Shown: piece after piece, positions 1 to 13,200 of the stretch
Layout: each line of letters begins with the position of its first letter
Position numbering within the stretch: position 1 is the stretch's first letter
Assembly: GCF_009914755.1 (NCBI RefSeq)
Contig: NC_060942.1
Direction: 5' to 3' (one strand)
Length of the DNA: 64,000 bases
Source: the human T2T-CHM13v2.0 reference genome, Homo sapiens
Notes under the pieces: generated by a model
Told to the model about the DNA's origin: nothing
The model's input: only the letters and a program-made list of their open reading frames with translations
Database searches by the model: none
Program-made: the position numbers and the translations under genes

Positions 1-269
1 CACTCATATCCTTTTGCTTGCTCATACATATACCCATTTTTTTTTTTTTTTTGCTTGATGATACAGTCTAACTTATGTTATAAAGAACTTTGCATTTGCA
101 TGTATATTTTCTGCATGTCTCCACCTCTTTTTAAAGACATGTTAAGATCTTAACTTCTTAAATTGTTCACTCCTTATATGCTATAAACTGTCTAGAGAAG
201 CCTTCGCAATCTTTAAAATGTCAACATGAGGACTTTTAAACTGGATTAACATGGTCAAGGCAAGCTTTA

Positions 270-500
270 TGAAAATAATAATAGCTAACTCTCATATAGC
301 ATCTTCCGGGTAGGCACTTTCTGTATATCAATTGATCATCAGAACAACCCTAGGAATAAAGTCCTATTATCATCCCCATGCTACAGATAAGGAAACAGAG
401 AGCTGGTATCACTTGCCTGAGGTCACACAGCTGGTTACTGGGCCAGCTAGCTCTGGCATCCAGGCTCTAAGCTATCACATCACACTGCTTCTTACGATGA
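270..500 (-). mobile_element. MIR SINE remnant
   Basis: MIR core in reverse: cctattatcatccccatgctacagataaggaaacagag...acttgcctgaggtcacacagct. Confidence 0.7.
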
Positions 501-3500
501 TAAAGGGGGATGCTAGCATCACATCTTAACACACGGTTTTAGTGGGCAGCCATTTCAACTACTACTCTCAAGCTAAGAAAGGTGGATTTAATAAGCATTT
601 TTAAGAATCACAAGAAAGAAGGGAGGAGGGGAAGAAAAAAGAAAAGTAGGTAGAGATAATATCCCAAGCTAACTAAAGAGGTAGCACTTTTCTCTTACCA
701 GCTGGGATGAAGATCTATTCCCCAGTCTACATGATTGCCCACTTACACTATTGGACTTCACTTTTTGAAGGAAGAATAATGTGAAACCATGTTACACTCC
801 AGAGCCATTTATTATCCACCCGGGAGGCAAGACAGCAAATCTCACACAGCACAGTCACAACTGACCACTAAATGAAACCTCATTGACATTTGAAAAGAGA
901 AAAAGTTCATAAACGTGCTTTAAAGATACACCATAATCACGTAGCTAGTAGAGAAACCATAAGCTATTATGTAATATAAACGTATAGAAGTCACAGTTCC
1001 ATCCTTATTATTTTCCTTGCAGTTTTTATGAGATGGGTAACGACTAAGCCACAGTGAGAAGGCACAACCTGCTCAGTGGGTGAGTCGGCCCCTGCTACCC
1101 TCCCCACTTCCCTCCCAGATCATCTTGGGATCCAATCACACCTGTGCTGCTCATGCTGGCTACTCTATGCTATTCTACAAACACAATCCTCTATTTCGGA
1201 TCTATCTCACCCAGCAAACTCTTTAATTCAGTGGTCCAGCCTCCAGAGCCCAGCATTCTGCTAGCTATTTCTTTGAAAAACAGTCACTCACACAAAACTA
1301 AATTGCCATAATGGCTTGATGTGATGTCCATCTTGGCCAAGGCCATGAGGAGGTTAGGATTCAAGGTCTTTCTCAGTTCATGTCAAGACAACAGTGAGCA
1401 GAACTGGGGTCTAATACAGGCCCAGGGATTTTGCCATTTTACTAAAGATTAGAATGAGCGCAAGACTGGGAGTCTCGTACCTGGTGGCCTCAACACAAAT
1501 TCAAGGCAGGGCCCAGGAGGAAGTCCCTTTTCCTCCCTGGTACTCAAATTTCGTCTGCTTTAAAATAAAAGAATTGGACCAAAAAATATCTAAGGATCCT
1601 TCCAGCTGTCAAGGTCTCTGGCTGTGTCCCTCTTTCTCTTGCATGATCTGTCTACTCTACCTATGACAAGTTCAAGCTAACCTGGGTGAGAGGGTCTGTG
1701 GTCACAGACCAGGGCATGGTTGATGAGTCCACAAGCATTACACACTGATGGCTGTGTCTTCAACATCACACTCCAGCTCACCAAGCTCATCTACCCTAGG
1801 CTACTTAGCAAAGCCTGCAGCTCCACACCCTACCCTCAGTCACCTGTCTCATGAGAGACACAATCATTTCATCCAGCCACCCACCCACCTTTGCATTGAC
1901 TATGCATCAGCTCACAGCATACATTGCAGGCTCAGGTTCATACTTTCTTCTCCAAGTGACTTGATCCTATCTCCACTCCCCAGGGATTTGCCAGGGACAT
2001 CAACATCATCAGAAACATAAAACACTCATTATGCATCCAACATTTCAGTATCTACTATGCATTAAGATGACAAGAAAAGGCCTGGAACAGTCCCTCAACT
2101 TCCCACCACCACATGCACCAACCTTCCTGCAGCAGCTCCTAGCTTTCCTCCTCCCCTTAAGATGGGAAGAACTCTGCCTTCTTATGGATCAAAATTCCAC
2201 CATCTGAGCTCTGGATCCTACCTGAATGTCGGGACTCCAATCTAATAGTGACCCCCTTTCTCTGCCTCCCATTCTCCCAGCTTCAACCTCCCTGCCTACA
2301 GGTTCCTTCTCAACAGCATGTTCAATGCTGAAATCATTTACCTACAATGACCACAACAGTGAGGGGGATGGACCCAGGAGTCAGAAGACACGCAGCAAGG
2401 ATGTGGCTCATGCCAAGGTGGCAGCAGCAACCAGGTGGAGGAGACGGCCCTGAACTCAGGCAGCAGGGGTAGAAATCGAAGGCAACAGACCCAAGTCACA
2501 TTTGAGAAGTGTGGCATAGATGACTTTCTCTACCAGAAAATATATGTTTTAATAGTTTCTGACTCAGCTAAACAAAGTGCTAGGCCAGGGAGATGGATGT
2601 TTTTAGGTAGGAGAATCTGTGGACAGTCATCTAACTGGTATTATCTAATTACATACCTACTCAGAATTTTAAAAGCTGCTCTGTTTCTAGGGCAGAAATT
2701 GATACACAGGGCATTCCTGTAGCTCAAACTGTATGTCTACCCAGCAGCTGCCCACATGGAGCACACAGAGTGTGCAGAGGTACACTAAGAACATGGTGTA
2801 GCAAACCTATGAAATCCACACTGGTTCTGCACTCCCAGTGCACACAGAGGAACATATATGCACACACAAGCATAATTACCTGCACTGCCATCCTCCTCTG
2901 AGGAGCCATTGAGTGTCAAACAGGTCGGCTCACACAGGGCCTCCGAGGAGATCCTGCCATGCCACAGCTGTGAAAACCTCCCACTGGATGGAGCAAATTA
3001 TTTAGTGCAAGCCTGGCAACACTTTGGAGGACAGCTAGAAACACAGGTTCTCCAGATTCAATCCATGGAGAGAGACACAAGAATTGAACAGCAAGAACCC
3101 TGGAGTAAGAGGCGGGAGAACCAGGTTCCAGCACTAGTTCTGCCACTCACGAACTCGGTGCCTTTGGCCATCACTCTACCTCTCAGGGCCTCAGCTCTCA
3201 AGAGGGGATATAATAAAGGCTGCCCTTCCACAATCCTGGAGTTACGGCAAGAGCCATGAGGCAAGAGAGAGAAAAGAGGTCTGAAAATTAAAAGGCAGTA
3301 TAATGTGAGTTACAAGAAGTATTAAAGATCAGTTTGGGTGTCACGCTCTGTCTGATGGGAGGCCATTCTTAGATGCCCAGGACTGTCCCTCACGTTGCAG
3401 GTTCTTCTGCATCCTAACCAATGCCCAATCTATGTGGTCCTTCTCCACAACACCCCATCCCATCTGCGTAAAAAAAAAAAAAAAAAAAAAAATCTTACAA

Positions 3501-3639
3501 GCATTTCAAATTGCCCTAAGGAGGAAGCACCACTCCCAGCTGAGATTCACTCTCTAGACCAGATTTCTTACTTGTACATTCCTCCTTCTGTACCAGATCT
3601 AGGTTAACATTCCTTTTGGGGTTAGATCTGGGAAGTTCT

Positions 3640-3930
3640 CTCCTCCCTAACAATCTCTCCTTGATTGACATCATCCATTCCCAAGGCTTTAAGTACCATC
3701 TACAGGTCAACACCTGTTTTACCTGCATTGTACAGTGACTAGACAGCTGTACTTGGATGTCAGAAGCAGGGTAGGAAATTCTTAGACATAACAGGTTCCA
3801 GATTAACTCTTTGATTTTCACCCCAGGAGTGTCTCTTCCCTCCCTCCCTCCCCACCATTTTTTTCTCAGAGTCAGCAAATAGAACTTCCATCTACCTAGT
3901 TTCCCAAGCCAAAAACCCAGAAGTGCCCCA
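3640..3930 (+). mobile_element. L2 LINE remnant
   Basis: catccattcccaaggctttaagtaccatcta...cttggatgtc...aagccaaaaaccca resembles the L2 ORF2 3' region. Confidence 0.6.
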
Positions 3931-5229
3931 AGCCAGTTAACAGCATACAGTCTAGAGTTAGGGTGCCCAAGTTCACATCATGTTTGCCAACTGCCAGCAA
4001 TGTGCCTTAGGGAAGATGTATAACTCCGCTGTGATTCCACTGCCAAATCTATAAAATTGAGATACTGTTCTAATGGCAATTAAATAACATTCATATATCA
4101 CTTATGATACTAAGAAACATTCCCTCTTATTACACATATCAAAGCAGGGAAATATTTTTGAAATACATTAATACACTTTTCTCTTCCACATTTCTTTTAT
4201 TATGACATTCTCCTTCCTCAACTCAAGGCATTAATTTGTCTCAAGTGGATTAGGATTATTATAGTAAGAAGGCAAAGACAAGGGACAAATGCCACAGAGT
4301 TCAACTTCTGACGATCAAAACAGGATTTTTGGTTCTCATCATGATAATTGTCTTGAAATCCTGCCTGCTGCCGTGGAGAAAGGAACATTCAAAAGTTTGT
4401 TAGATTCCTACTCAGATATCAAGAGTGAGGTTTAAGGAATATGAATTTTGCACCACGGTCAGAGAGAATTCAGGATGTAAAGTGACAGAAGTCCCACTTG
4501 CCACAGGGGACTGGGAGGGAAGTCTGAAGGAAGGGTCACAGAGGAACCAAGGGAAGCATCCAGTGTCCTCACTCCCCACGCAGGCCCTTTACCCCCACCT
4601 CCTAGGTTCTAGGACAGGTTTAAGGGAATCCCCGGACCAGACTAAGGAAGAAGCCCAGCCTAAAGTGGGAAGCTAAGTTCAGCTTTGGTATGCTGCTGTT
4701 TAAGATAACAGCAGACCAGCATTGTTGGAGGAGGCAACTGACAAACCCATAGATGGGACTAGGGGCAGGATGGGAGGTGGAATTTGCTGCTTTGTCAAAG
4801 TTACAAAGGGTCTTCTAGGCATCTTCTTTAAGAATAAACCATCTATTCTTCTTACAGATTTCCTATGTGAGAAATCCTACAATGTCTTACAAAAAAAAAA
4901 AAAGTCACTTTAGTGATTTACTACCATGACAGTAAAGACATCTTTCATTAGTTCTAAGAACATTGCGTCATCAGCCCACCTCAGTTCTAGAGGAAAGAGC
5001 TCTAGAGAATGGGAGCACCTGGATTCTAAATGGACACTGCCACTTAGCCTACATGACCTAGACAAGTTTTTGAACTGCAGTGGGCCCACAACACACCTCA
5101 CAAGGGTATTATGCCAAACCAAGCTGCGGCGTGACCACAGTTCAGACGGAAAGCACTGGACTATTTTGGTTATTATCAACCATCATAGTATGAAGCTATT
5201 AGTAAGCTTCTATTAATGCGGCTCCAGAG

Positions 5230-5680
5230 TATCTAGATACCAGGAGAATGGGAGAGGGCCATGATCCTCTTCTCTGGCCAGTTGAGTTAGAATCCTGGCT
5301 CAATTACGGAAGCCACATTTTGTGAGATACTTAGAAAAATTGAAATATATTCTGAGAAAGTCAATCAGAATAGTAAACTATCACATGAAGAATGCTAATG
5401 AGATGAGGAAGAGTTTAGCTTAGAGAAAAAAGACTAAAAGACCATTCCCAGAATAGTCTGTTCTAGCAGCTGCTCCAGAAAAGAGGCAGGCCCTGGGGCT
5501 GTGGTAGGTAGCAGGGCGGCTGGTATCTCTTCACCTCTAAGAGCTTTCAAAAGTGGAATGGCTGCCTCCCGGAGACACTAGAAGTTTCCAGCCTAGACCG
5601 GGTATCATGCGTTGAAGATGCTGAAAGATGAAACCCTGTCCTATGCTGTTTGACCTGAAGAGCCTTCCAACTTCAGAAAG
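5230..5680 (+). mobile_element. L3/CR1 LINE remnant (3' part)
   Basis: ccacattttgtgagatac...gtttagcttagagaaaaaagact...gagccttccaacttc resembles the CR1/L3 3' end. Confidence 0.5.
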
Positions 5681-6673
5681 AAAAAAAATCTTCACTCTAT
5701 GCACTACCTCAACACATACTCCATAAAATAAAATATAAGGGGCTCTATAAATATAAGGAAGTAAAATGGACAAAATTGTAGAAGTGACAACCCCATACAG
5801 GCAGGAAGAAAAATCTCTGCTTTAGATTGCTGAGCTGGAGTTCGTACACATCAGGTAATTATGATGGATTAATATGTGCAATGACAAATGGAATAAAACT
5901 CTAGGAGCCCAATGACCCAGTGCGGAAGCAGAAAAAACCCGAGTGAGCATATATTAATCCCCAGTATCATAACTGAAGATCAATACCATACATTTAAACT
6001 AAATGTGGCTAGAGAGACTCTAAATAGTTCAAACACTTATATTAACATTCTCAGGAACACAAGGTCAGGGGTGCAGTCATTCTTAGCTAGGAAGGGTGAC
6101 TAAGCAGAGAAGTCCTGGGTGCTGGGATTCCACCTCTCTCCTTCTCTCTGCTACCAGGTGCAAGACATTTTCTCAAAAGACATCCCATAATTCTAAGTAT
6201 TCTTGGTACTTGCTCTTGTAGAGAAGGTTTAATGCCCTTTTTAACCAAAAAGGACATCTTTTTAAAAGCAAGTCATCAATCATGAATCATTTTATTCTCT
6301 AGTTCTGGGAATACAGAGGACCAAATTAATTTCCGTCATCTTTTGGCTGTAAGTACACTCCTCCCTCTGGCTTCCAACATTATCGATCTGTAATAGGGGC
6401 AGGAGCCAGGAAGGTTCAAAGGCATTTGCTTTTAAGCCTGTCCACTGTGGTTCTAAAGGACATAGACATGGGGCTTTCTCCTGGCCATGCTGCACTGCCT
6501 GCAGACCTTTCTGCAGTATTCCTCAACCAGAGAGGTTCCCTGACTTCCCGAGTATCTGCTGTGGACAAAGACCAGGTAGACTAGCCATACACTGGGACTT
6601 AAAATCATGGAGATAGTTAAAATTAAGAGCTTTGGGGAGTTCCTTTAAGTCAAAACACTGTTCATTATCATAC

Positions 6674-7340
6674 TAAAACTGTCCTTACGAACTGTATAAA
6701 ATTAATCAGGGAAGAAGGGAGTGGGAAAAAGAAAATAAACCAAGCTTGCAGCACATTCAGTGTTCATGAGGTCGGCTTGCTTTCTGACTCTCTTCCTCAT
6801 AGTTATGTGGTGCCTACTGTCCTAGAATTACAGAGACCCTGTTACAAGACTATAGCTCCCGTTCACTGCTCTATAGATAACAACTTGAATATTAAAAAAC
6901 ATTTTCCATTTAAGATTTTCTTTCAGAGATCTGGGAAGTTCTCACTTCCCTAACAATCTCTCCTTGATTGACATCATCCATTCCCAAGGCTTTAAGTACC
7001 ATCTACAGGTCAAGACCTGCATATCAGTGATACTAACATAGCTGGTCTGAAGGACCTCAGGAGAAACTAACTCAAAGAACGCAGTTTCCACATCCCGATG
7101 ATTTCATCACCCTTCCTCCAACCAGTTCACAACCCCAGTTGTCTAGCCCCTTGCCCTCTGTGATCCCCTTAAAAACTCCAGCCCGGAACTCCTCAAGGAG
7201 GTGGATTTAAGGATCTCCTCCCATCTCCTCTCTTGGTGCCCTGTGATCATTAAACTCTTTCTCTGCTGAAAACCCTGCTGTCTCAGTGTAACTGGTCTGT
7301 TACTGTGCAGTGGGCATATGAACCTGTTGGTCCTGTAACA
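6674..7340 (+). mobile_element. ERV1 solo LTR (LTR26-like) carrying a 93-bp foreign insert at 6927-7019
   Basis: Starts taaaactgtcc...tataaaattaatcagggaagaaggga, has an attaaa poly(A) signal near 7250, and ends ...gtcctgtaaca. Confidence 0.8.
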
Positions 7341-9339
7341 GTATATGTTTATTATATCCTAATAGAATCAAAGAGCTACTAGACAGTGCAGTGCTCTTTA
7401 ACCCAGCCTAGACAGATGACACTAATAGAGGGACAATGGCCTGCACTCTCAGTTATATTCCCTAAGATGGAATGGCCACCTTCTCTCATCTTCACCCCAC
7501 TGTAAAGGTACAATGACAAGGACCCCAGCAGGGGCCCGTGGGACAGCTTTTTCCTCTGAAATATGAACCAGTCCACAAAGATCACTGCATATGTGGCTTT
7601 AGACACTTCCCTAGACATTAAACTCATTATCTTACTTTTGACATGCATCCCTATCAATAAAGAAAACTGTGAACATGCTTACAGTTTATAAATTGTTTTC
7701 TGTGACACTGTACTATATTATGCATAGTATAAAACATATACAAATGATATTTTAAGTTTTAAAAAGATGTAAAAAAATAAAGTTTTAATATTTTCTTCAC
7801 ATACTCTAGTGAATCATCTTCCAAAAACTAGTACACCCCAGCAGTTTGAAGATTGCTGCTCTAACCAACTGATTCACTACTGCAAGCACCAGAAGGGACT
7901 ATCACTTCCAGCCACTTAAGAAAAGCTGCTTTCTGGCATCCACCACATGATCAGTGGTGTCTGGCTAGCCATCTTTCAAAAAACTGGCTATATACAATCA
8001 AATAATTATTTGGTTCCTGCAATGGAATATATTATTTTCTGTTTACGTTTACAGTGTCACCAAAAGGGCAGTAAAGTCCACATTTAAACGCTATTCTGGG
8101 GCTGCTCAGCCACTAACAGTGCAATTTCACTCTAACTGTAGAACTGAAAGTGGCTTGTTTTCCATATATAATAAATGCATAAGCATAGTGTAGTTTATGC
8201 TGTATTTCCTCTAGACAAATTGAAAATAGAATCATAGAAGTTATAATTGGTTGCCAAGCACAAACCTATTAAAAAGTCCAAAAGAATTTCACTGAGCACA
8301 TAGAACTGGCTATCCTTATACTGTTCACTTGGCCCTGAAAGTAAAATCTGTTCTGAGGACAACCTATAAATGGAATCTTACTCAACTATGAATTCTTCCA
8401 TCGTTTCCTTCTTTTGGATACTGTGACATGATGAGGGATACGACACCTATGATGTGCCATCAGTACTATCACCACCACTGTGCCTGACATTCAGCAAACC
8501 CTCACTCTGTGCCAGAAATCATACTAAGCATTTTCATTTATCAACTGATTTAATTCTAACAATTTAGTGAGTTAGACATGACATTTATGCCTATCTTAGA
8601 GACACAAACCCTGGTGCAAATTGAGGTGAACTTGAGAAACTTGCTCAGGGCCACACAGCTACTGTGTTTTAAGAACTTAAGCCAGTCTCGTTACTGTCCC
8701 TGGACACTCAACTCTTAGCCGCCTCGCTTCCCAGCATGTTCCTTTGCTGCAAAACTCAGGCCCATTGTCAGACTAGGTTTTCAGCTGCTCTGTCTTCTGG
8801 GATATAAATGTGAAAATACACAGTAGAAAAAGAAAGAGTGGTTAACACAGCATGAACGGCATTACTACGATGTAAATAGCAATGCCATTTCATCCTGCTA
8901 GGCTTCACATTCTATTAGCTTTTTTTAAATGAAAATTATTTTGGACACACCTTGAAAAACTAAATCCTACTCACATGTCAGCACCATTATTAATTCCAAA
9001 AGAAATCCATGTAAGGTGACAAGTTTGACTTTGACATCAGGAAAATGCTGTGTAACTAGAACGGCGTGTAGGAGCCACAGAAGCCCACACCCAGGAGGGT
9101 TCTGCCTGCACAGGGCTCCATGTTCAGTGCTCCAATACTTGAGCCCATTTATGCCTTACAGTGACCTGAGGAAACAAGTGCACACACACATGCCCTTGCT
9201 CCAATAAAGAAATGGCACACCTTAAGTGAAGGAGCTTGACCCGGGTGAAGCTAGGACGCTAACTGGGGTCTGTGCTAGTCCACCTCACACACAACCAAGA
9301 GTGCTCCAAGAACAAGTCATGATTGACTAACCCAGTGTG

Positions 9340-9720
9340 TGCAGGTTTTAGCAAGACTTAGTACACATGAACACTTGACTCAATGTTTAGTTCTACCAGA
9401 TTAAGTGACTAGTACCTGGAGAAAAAACTGCTCCATGCACATTACAGGAATCTATGCACATTACAGGAATCTATCCAGATTACCACTTCTAGATAAGAAC
9501 GACACAACAGACTCGTTACATCTGCAGTGCATCAAGCTAGGGAGACCTGATCTATTAGATGCAAAACTCAGAATTCAAAAAGATAACATTCACAAAATAG
9601 CAGAACACAAGTACAAGGGTGAAATTTAATATGGATAGAATCCTGCTCAGCATACCAAAGGGAAAAAACAATCAATTGAGCAAGTGCAGGATGAAGGCAA
9701 CATACCTTAAGAGCAGTCTG
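9340..9720 (+). mobile_element. L3/CR1 remnant
   Basis: caagctagggag...cagaattcaaaaagat...gaaatttaatatggata resembles CR1 ORF2. Confidence 0.4.
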
Positions 9721-9724
9721 AATT

Positions 9725-9965
9725 TACATTGACAGAAAGCAAATTAGAGGTTACCTGGGGATGGAGGGAGACTTTGAAAAAAGAAAAAACACAAGAAAAC
9801 TTTCAGGATTAAGGAAATGTTTGCTATCTTGATTGTGGTGATGGTTTCAGGGATGTATACTATACAATGTCTAATTGTATGTGCAATTTAATGTGTGTGA
9901 CTTCACTTTAAATATGTGTAGTTTATTGCTAGTTATTTACATCCCATTAAAGCTGTGATTAAAAA
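9725..9965 (+). mobile_element. Old L1 (L1MC/ME) 3'UTR fragment
   Basis: tatcttgattgtggtgatggtttcaggg...cactttaaatatgtgtagtttattg...attaaagctg. Confidence 0.65.
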
Positions 9966-12843
9966 CAGTTCTTGAGTGTGCATGTGGGTGGGGCAGGGAA
10001 AGGATGGAAATTTAGTGGCTTGTAAACTTATAATAAGTAAACAACGTGAAACACCTGCCAAAAATAAATGCATTTTCAGGCTCCATTAGAAATTCTGCAT
10101 GAGTACCTCATCACGTCACATTCTGCAGACCACATCCAGCGACCATCAACATCAGACAAAAAGACCAGATGACATCTCAGGGTGGCCAGATAGGAGAGTG
10201 TCTGAAAAGCCATGCTCATAAGGAATGGCAGTGGGGGGAGCCAGGAGGCTTGGGCCAGAGTGGGGGGCAAGGACAGAAGGGGCTGCCATATAAGAAAATG
10301 ATCATTATCCTGGACAGCTGCACAGGAAGAGCTCAGATCCATGCCTGAAGGCAAATAGAGACTCAGTAAACTGCTGTGTGATACAGAAACTCCTGACAAT
10401 GAAAGCTGTTAAAATGTAACACATTTGAGAAAGCATCCTATACTGGGAATGGTAGGGCAGCATCCAAAAGACCACTTGCCAGAACACAGTATCCTGCACA
10501 ACTAATTTCCACCGGGTGACGCAGGCTCTCTCCTTTCTAACATGCTGTGCTTCTCCAGGTAAAATAGTGAATATTAAGAAACTAAAATATCTCTTAGCTT
10601 TGTGATTTCAAGTTGAGATTTAACCTCACAAATCATGTTGGGTACACTGCAGATATGCAACTGTTAATAATATTTATGACCTCTGCAGGGTCATAGAAGG
10701 CAGGCAAAGGAAACTGCCTCTCCTATTCTTTCCTAAATGCATAATTTTAAAAGGAGATGGCAATATCCATTTACTATCAGTTTCTTTTAAAATAGGAATG
10801 TCATCATTAGCCATATTCACTGCACACTTAAATAACTTTCCCCTACTCAGAAATTTTAACAATAAAACTAGCAATTTGAATATGATAGGTAGACACAAAC
10901 AATAATACCATCTAAGGATCAAAAACAATTTCACAAAACCTTAGTGCTGTATCATCCCTAGGGGAGGGAGATAGGTGTGCACTGGCATGGCTGTGCAGGA
11001 GGTCACAGAACGAGAGACCCAGGTGAGCAGGGAAGAACAGGGACAAGTGAACAGCCCGGAGCATCCCAGGAAGGAATCTGAATGTGGAATGCTCAGGGCA
11101 TGTTCAAGAAATAAGAGACAGGGCCGGAGAAGAGATTAAAAACCATTCCTGTGTTCAGACATTTTAAGCATCTCTTATACCTTGTCCTAAAGCAATTCTG
11201 ACTAACCCTGACTTGAAATTATATTGAAAGGAAAGAAAAGTTCATCCAAAATTCAGGGCTGACTGAAGTCCTGGTTTCAGACTTTACTATAAAATTCACC
11301 CAGTCATTGCTCCCTACTCACTGACCTCCCCAAGGATTCCACCATTCACTGTACTCAACCATAGCCCATGAATCTGTCAGCTGTAACAACTGTGCCCAAA
11401 GTCTTACGGCACTCAAGAGCTTTCAAAGGTTCCTCATGACTTCTCACTGGATCCAAGTTCCTCTCAGAAGCAAGGCCAATGTTCCCCTCAAAGTGTGAAG
11501 ATGCTGAGAACCACAGAGGTCAGAGAGTCTACCCCTGGACACATGGCAGGTTGGGAGAGAAGAGGTTACTGGGGGCAGACCCTTGCATACTCCTGCATAG
11601 CATACCACTTACAGGAAAAACCTGGCTCCACACTCAGATCAGCATGACCACATTCTCTCACTGAAAACCTGAGGCTCAATTAGGAAGCACTCCACATCCC
11701 CAACCTCCCCAAACAATGTAACAGCCCAGAATAACAAACCACCTTATGCCAAAACTGAAGGAAGAAACCAACATTATTTTATTTAAAACTTGATCTCAAA
11801 GCAACATGAAGATTTAGGTCACCTCTGTATAATTCTTTTATGAAAGATGTATTTCCGAAGATCCAAGTTCAACAGAATCTGCAGCCTGGAGTTGATTGCA
11901 AAAGTCCTGAGTCCATTCTCATGCATCCCAGAGCATTCCATCCCCATCATTAGGAAGATAAAGTTGTCAATTCTATTTTTAATTGTCGTTTTGACCTCCA
12001 AAAATGGAAAATGCATAGCTTCCTCGCTCCCTTTCCCTTCTGCAATGTATTTCCACAATCAGGAATTTCTCTCATTGCCCTGAGGAGTCAATGTGCTCAC
12101 TAAGGGTTGTCCCGGCAACAGAGGACAGCCTGTCACTTCCACTCATACTATCAGCCTTGCAACCTCTTCCCTCCTGTTTACCAAGAGGGACACTTTTGGC
12201 TTTTTCACGATGGACACTCATTTCCATACTGCTTCCCTGGAAGATCATCAAATTCTCTACATGCTCTTCACACTTATGGGGATCCAAATCAAGCAAGAGA
12301 CCCTCCTCCAAGAGCCCAACCAGGACCACTAACTAGAATCCCTATCCTTGCCGAGCACAGGCTCTCACCCTCATGGGCTCCAGATCCCATCTCCAGGCTG
12401 GCTCCCACTCTAGCAAGGGTGCATTTCATTCCTCACCAGCTCCACCCTCCACAGGCCTCCAAGCTGCACACCCCTCCCCAGGACCCCAGGCAACAGCAAT
12501 CTCATCTTTCATTATTAGTCACAGCTGGCAACACAGCAGAGACAGATGGGAATGTGGGTGCTGTATTACCTTGGTTACCTGAGCAAATAAATTTGCTCTG
12601 CAGCATCCCCACTCCCTTTCAGAAAAAAAAAAAAAAAAAAAAAAAAAAGCACAAATAAAACACATGGCTCAAAAAAGCAATCAGACACCGCCAGCCAAAT
12701 AAGATGGCACACTCCCACCAACAAGGCTGGAAAACACACCAAAACTGTAAGGACAAAGATCTATCCCTTTTGCCCCTTAGTGCTACTTGGGGGACCAGAA
12801 TCTGCTTTGTTCTGACAAGACTGGGGCTGAGCAGACAAAATTT

Positions 12844-13200
12844 AGAGAGGCGGTAGGGCTTCTTTGCTAATGCAGGAAGCTCTGGGGCAAACAGATTGGG
12901 TCTAAATTCCATTGCTACCCATTAAGGGAGGTAGAACAGCTTCTTGGCTAATGCAGGAAGCATTGGGCAATCAGATTGGGTCTGGGTTCCATCTCTGCCC
13001 ATCTAGGGAGGTAGTATCATTTTTCTCAGGTAATGGAGGAAGCTGTGCAGCAAAGAGGCTTGGGTCTGAACTCCATCTGTACCCAGTTACTGTCTTCATG
13101 ACCTTGGAGAACTATACAGCATCCGAAAGTCTCTATCCTCATCTGTATTGTGGGGATAACTAATCTCAGACAGCAACTCTGAGAATTAGATGCATTAATG
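12844..13200 (+). repeat. Three degenerate ~81-bp tandem units followed by a MIR core
   Basis: taatg(c/g)aggaag recurs at 12868, 12949 and 13031, and ttgggtct...tccat recurs in each unit. MIR core tgaccttggaga...ctcatctgta follows. Confidence 0.7.

Noticed and set aside
12570-12650. Possible cryptic exon on minus after a long T tract (aag acceptor; cag|gtaacc or aag|gtaata donors)
   Set aside because: Weak AAG acceptor, 37 or 46 nt and out of frame. Such motifs are common in long introns and cannot be supported without RNA data.
12072-12658. Stack of overlapping ORFs including one of 183 aa
   Set aside because: No recognisable domain, non-ATG starts, and it ends in poly-Lys from an A-tract. 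Consistent with chance.
12844-13085. CRISPR-like array suggested by the regular spacing
   Set aside because: Eukaryotic DNA; whole units are homologous with no unique spacers, and there are no cas genes.
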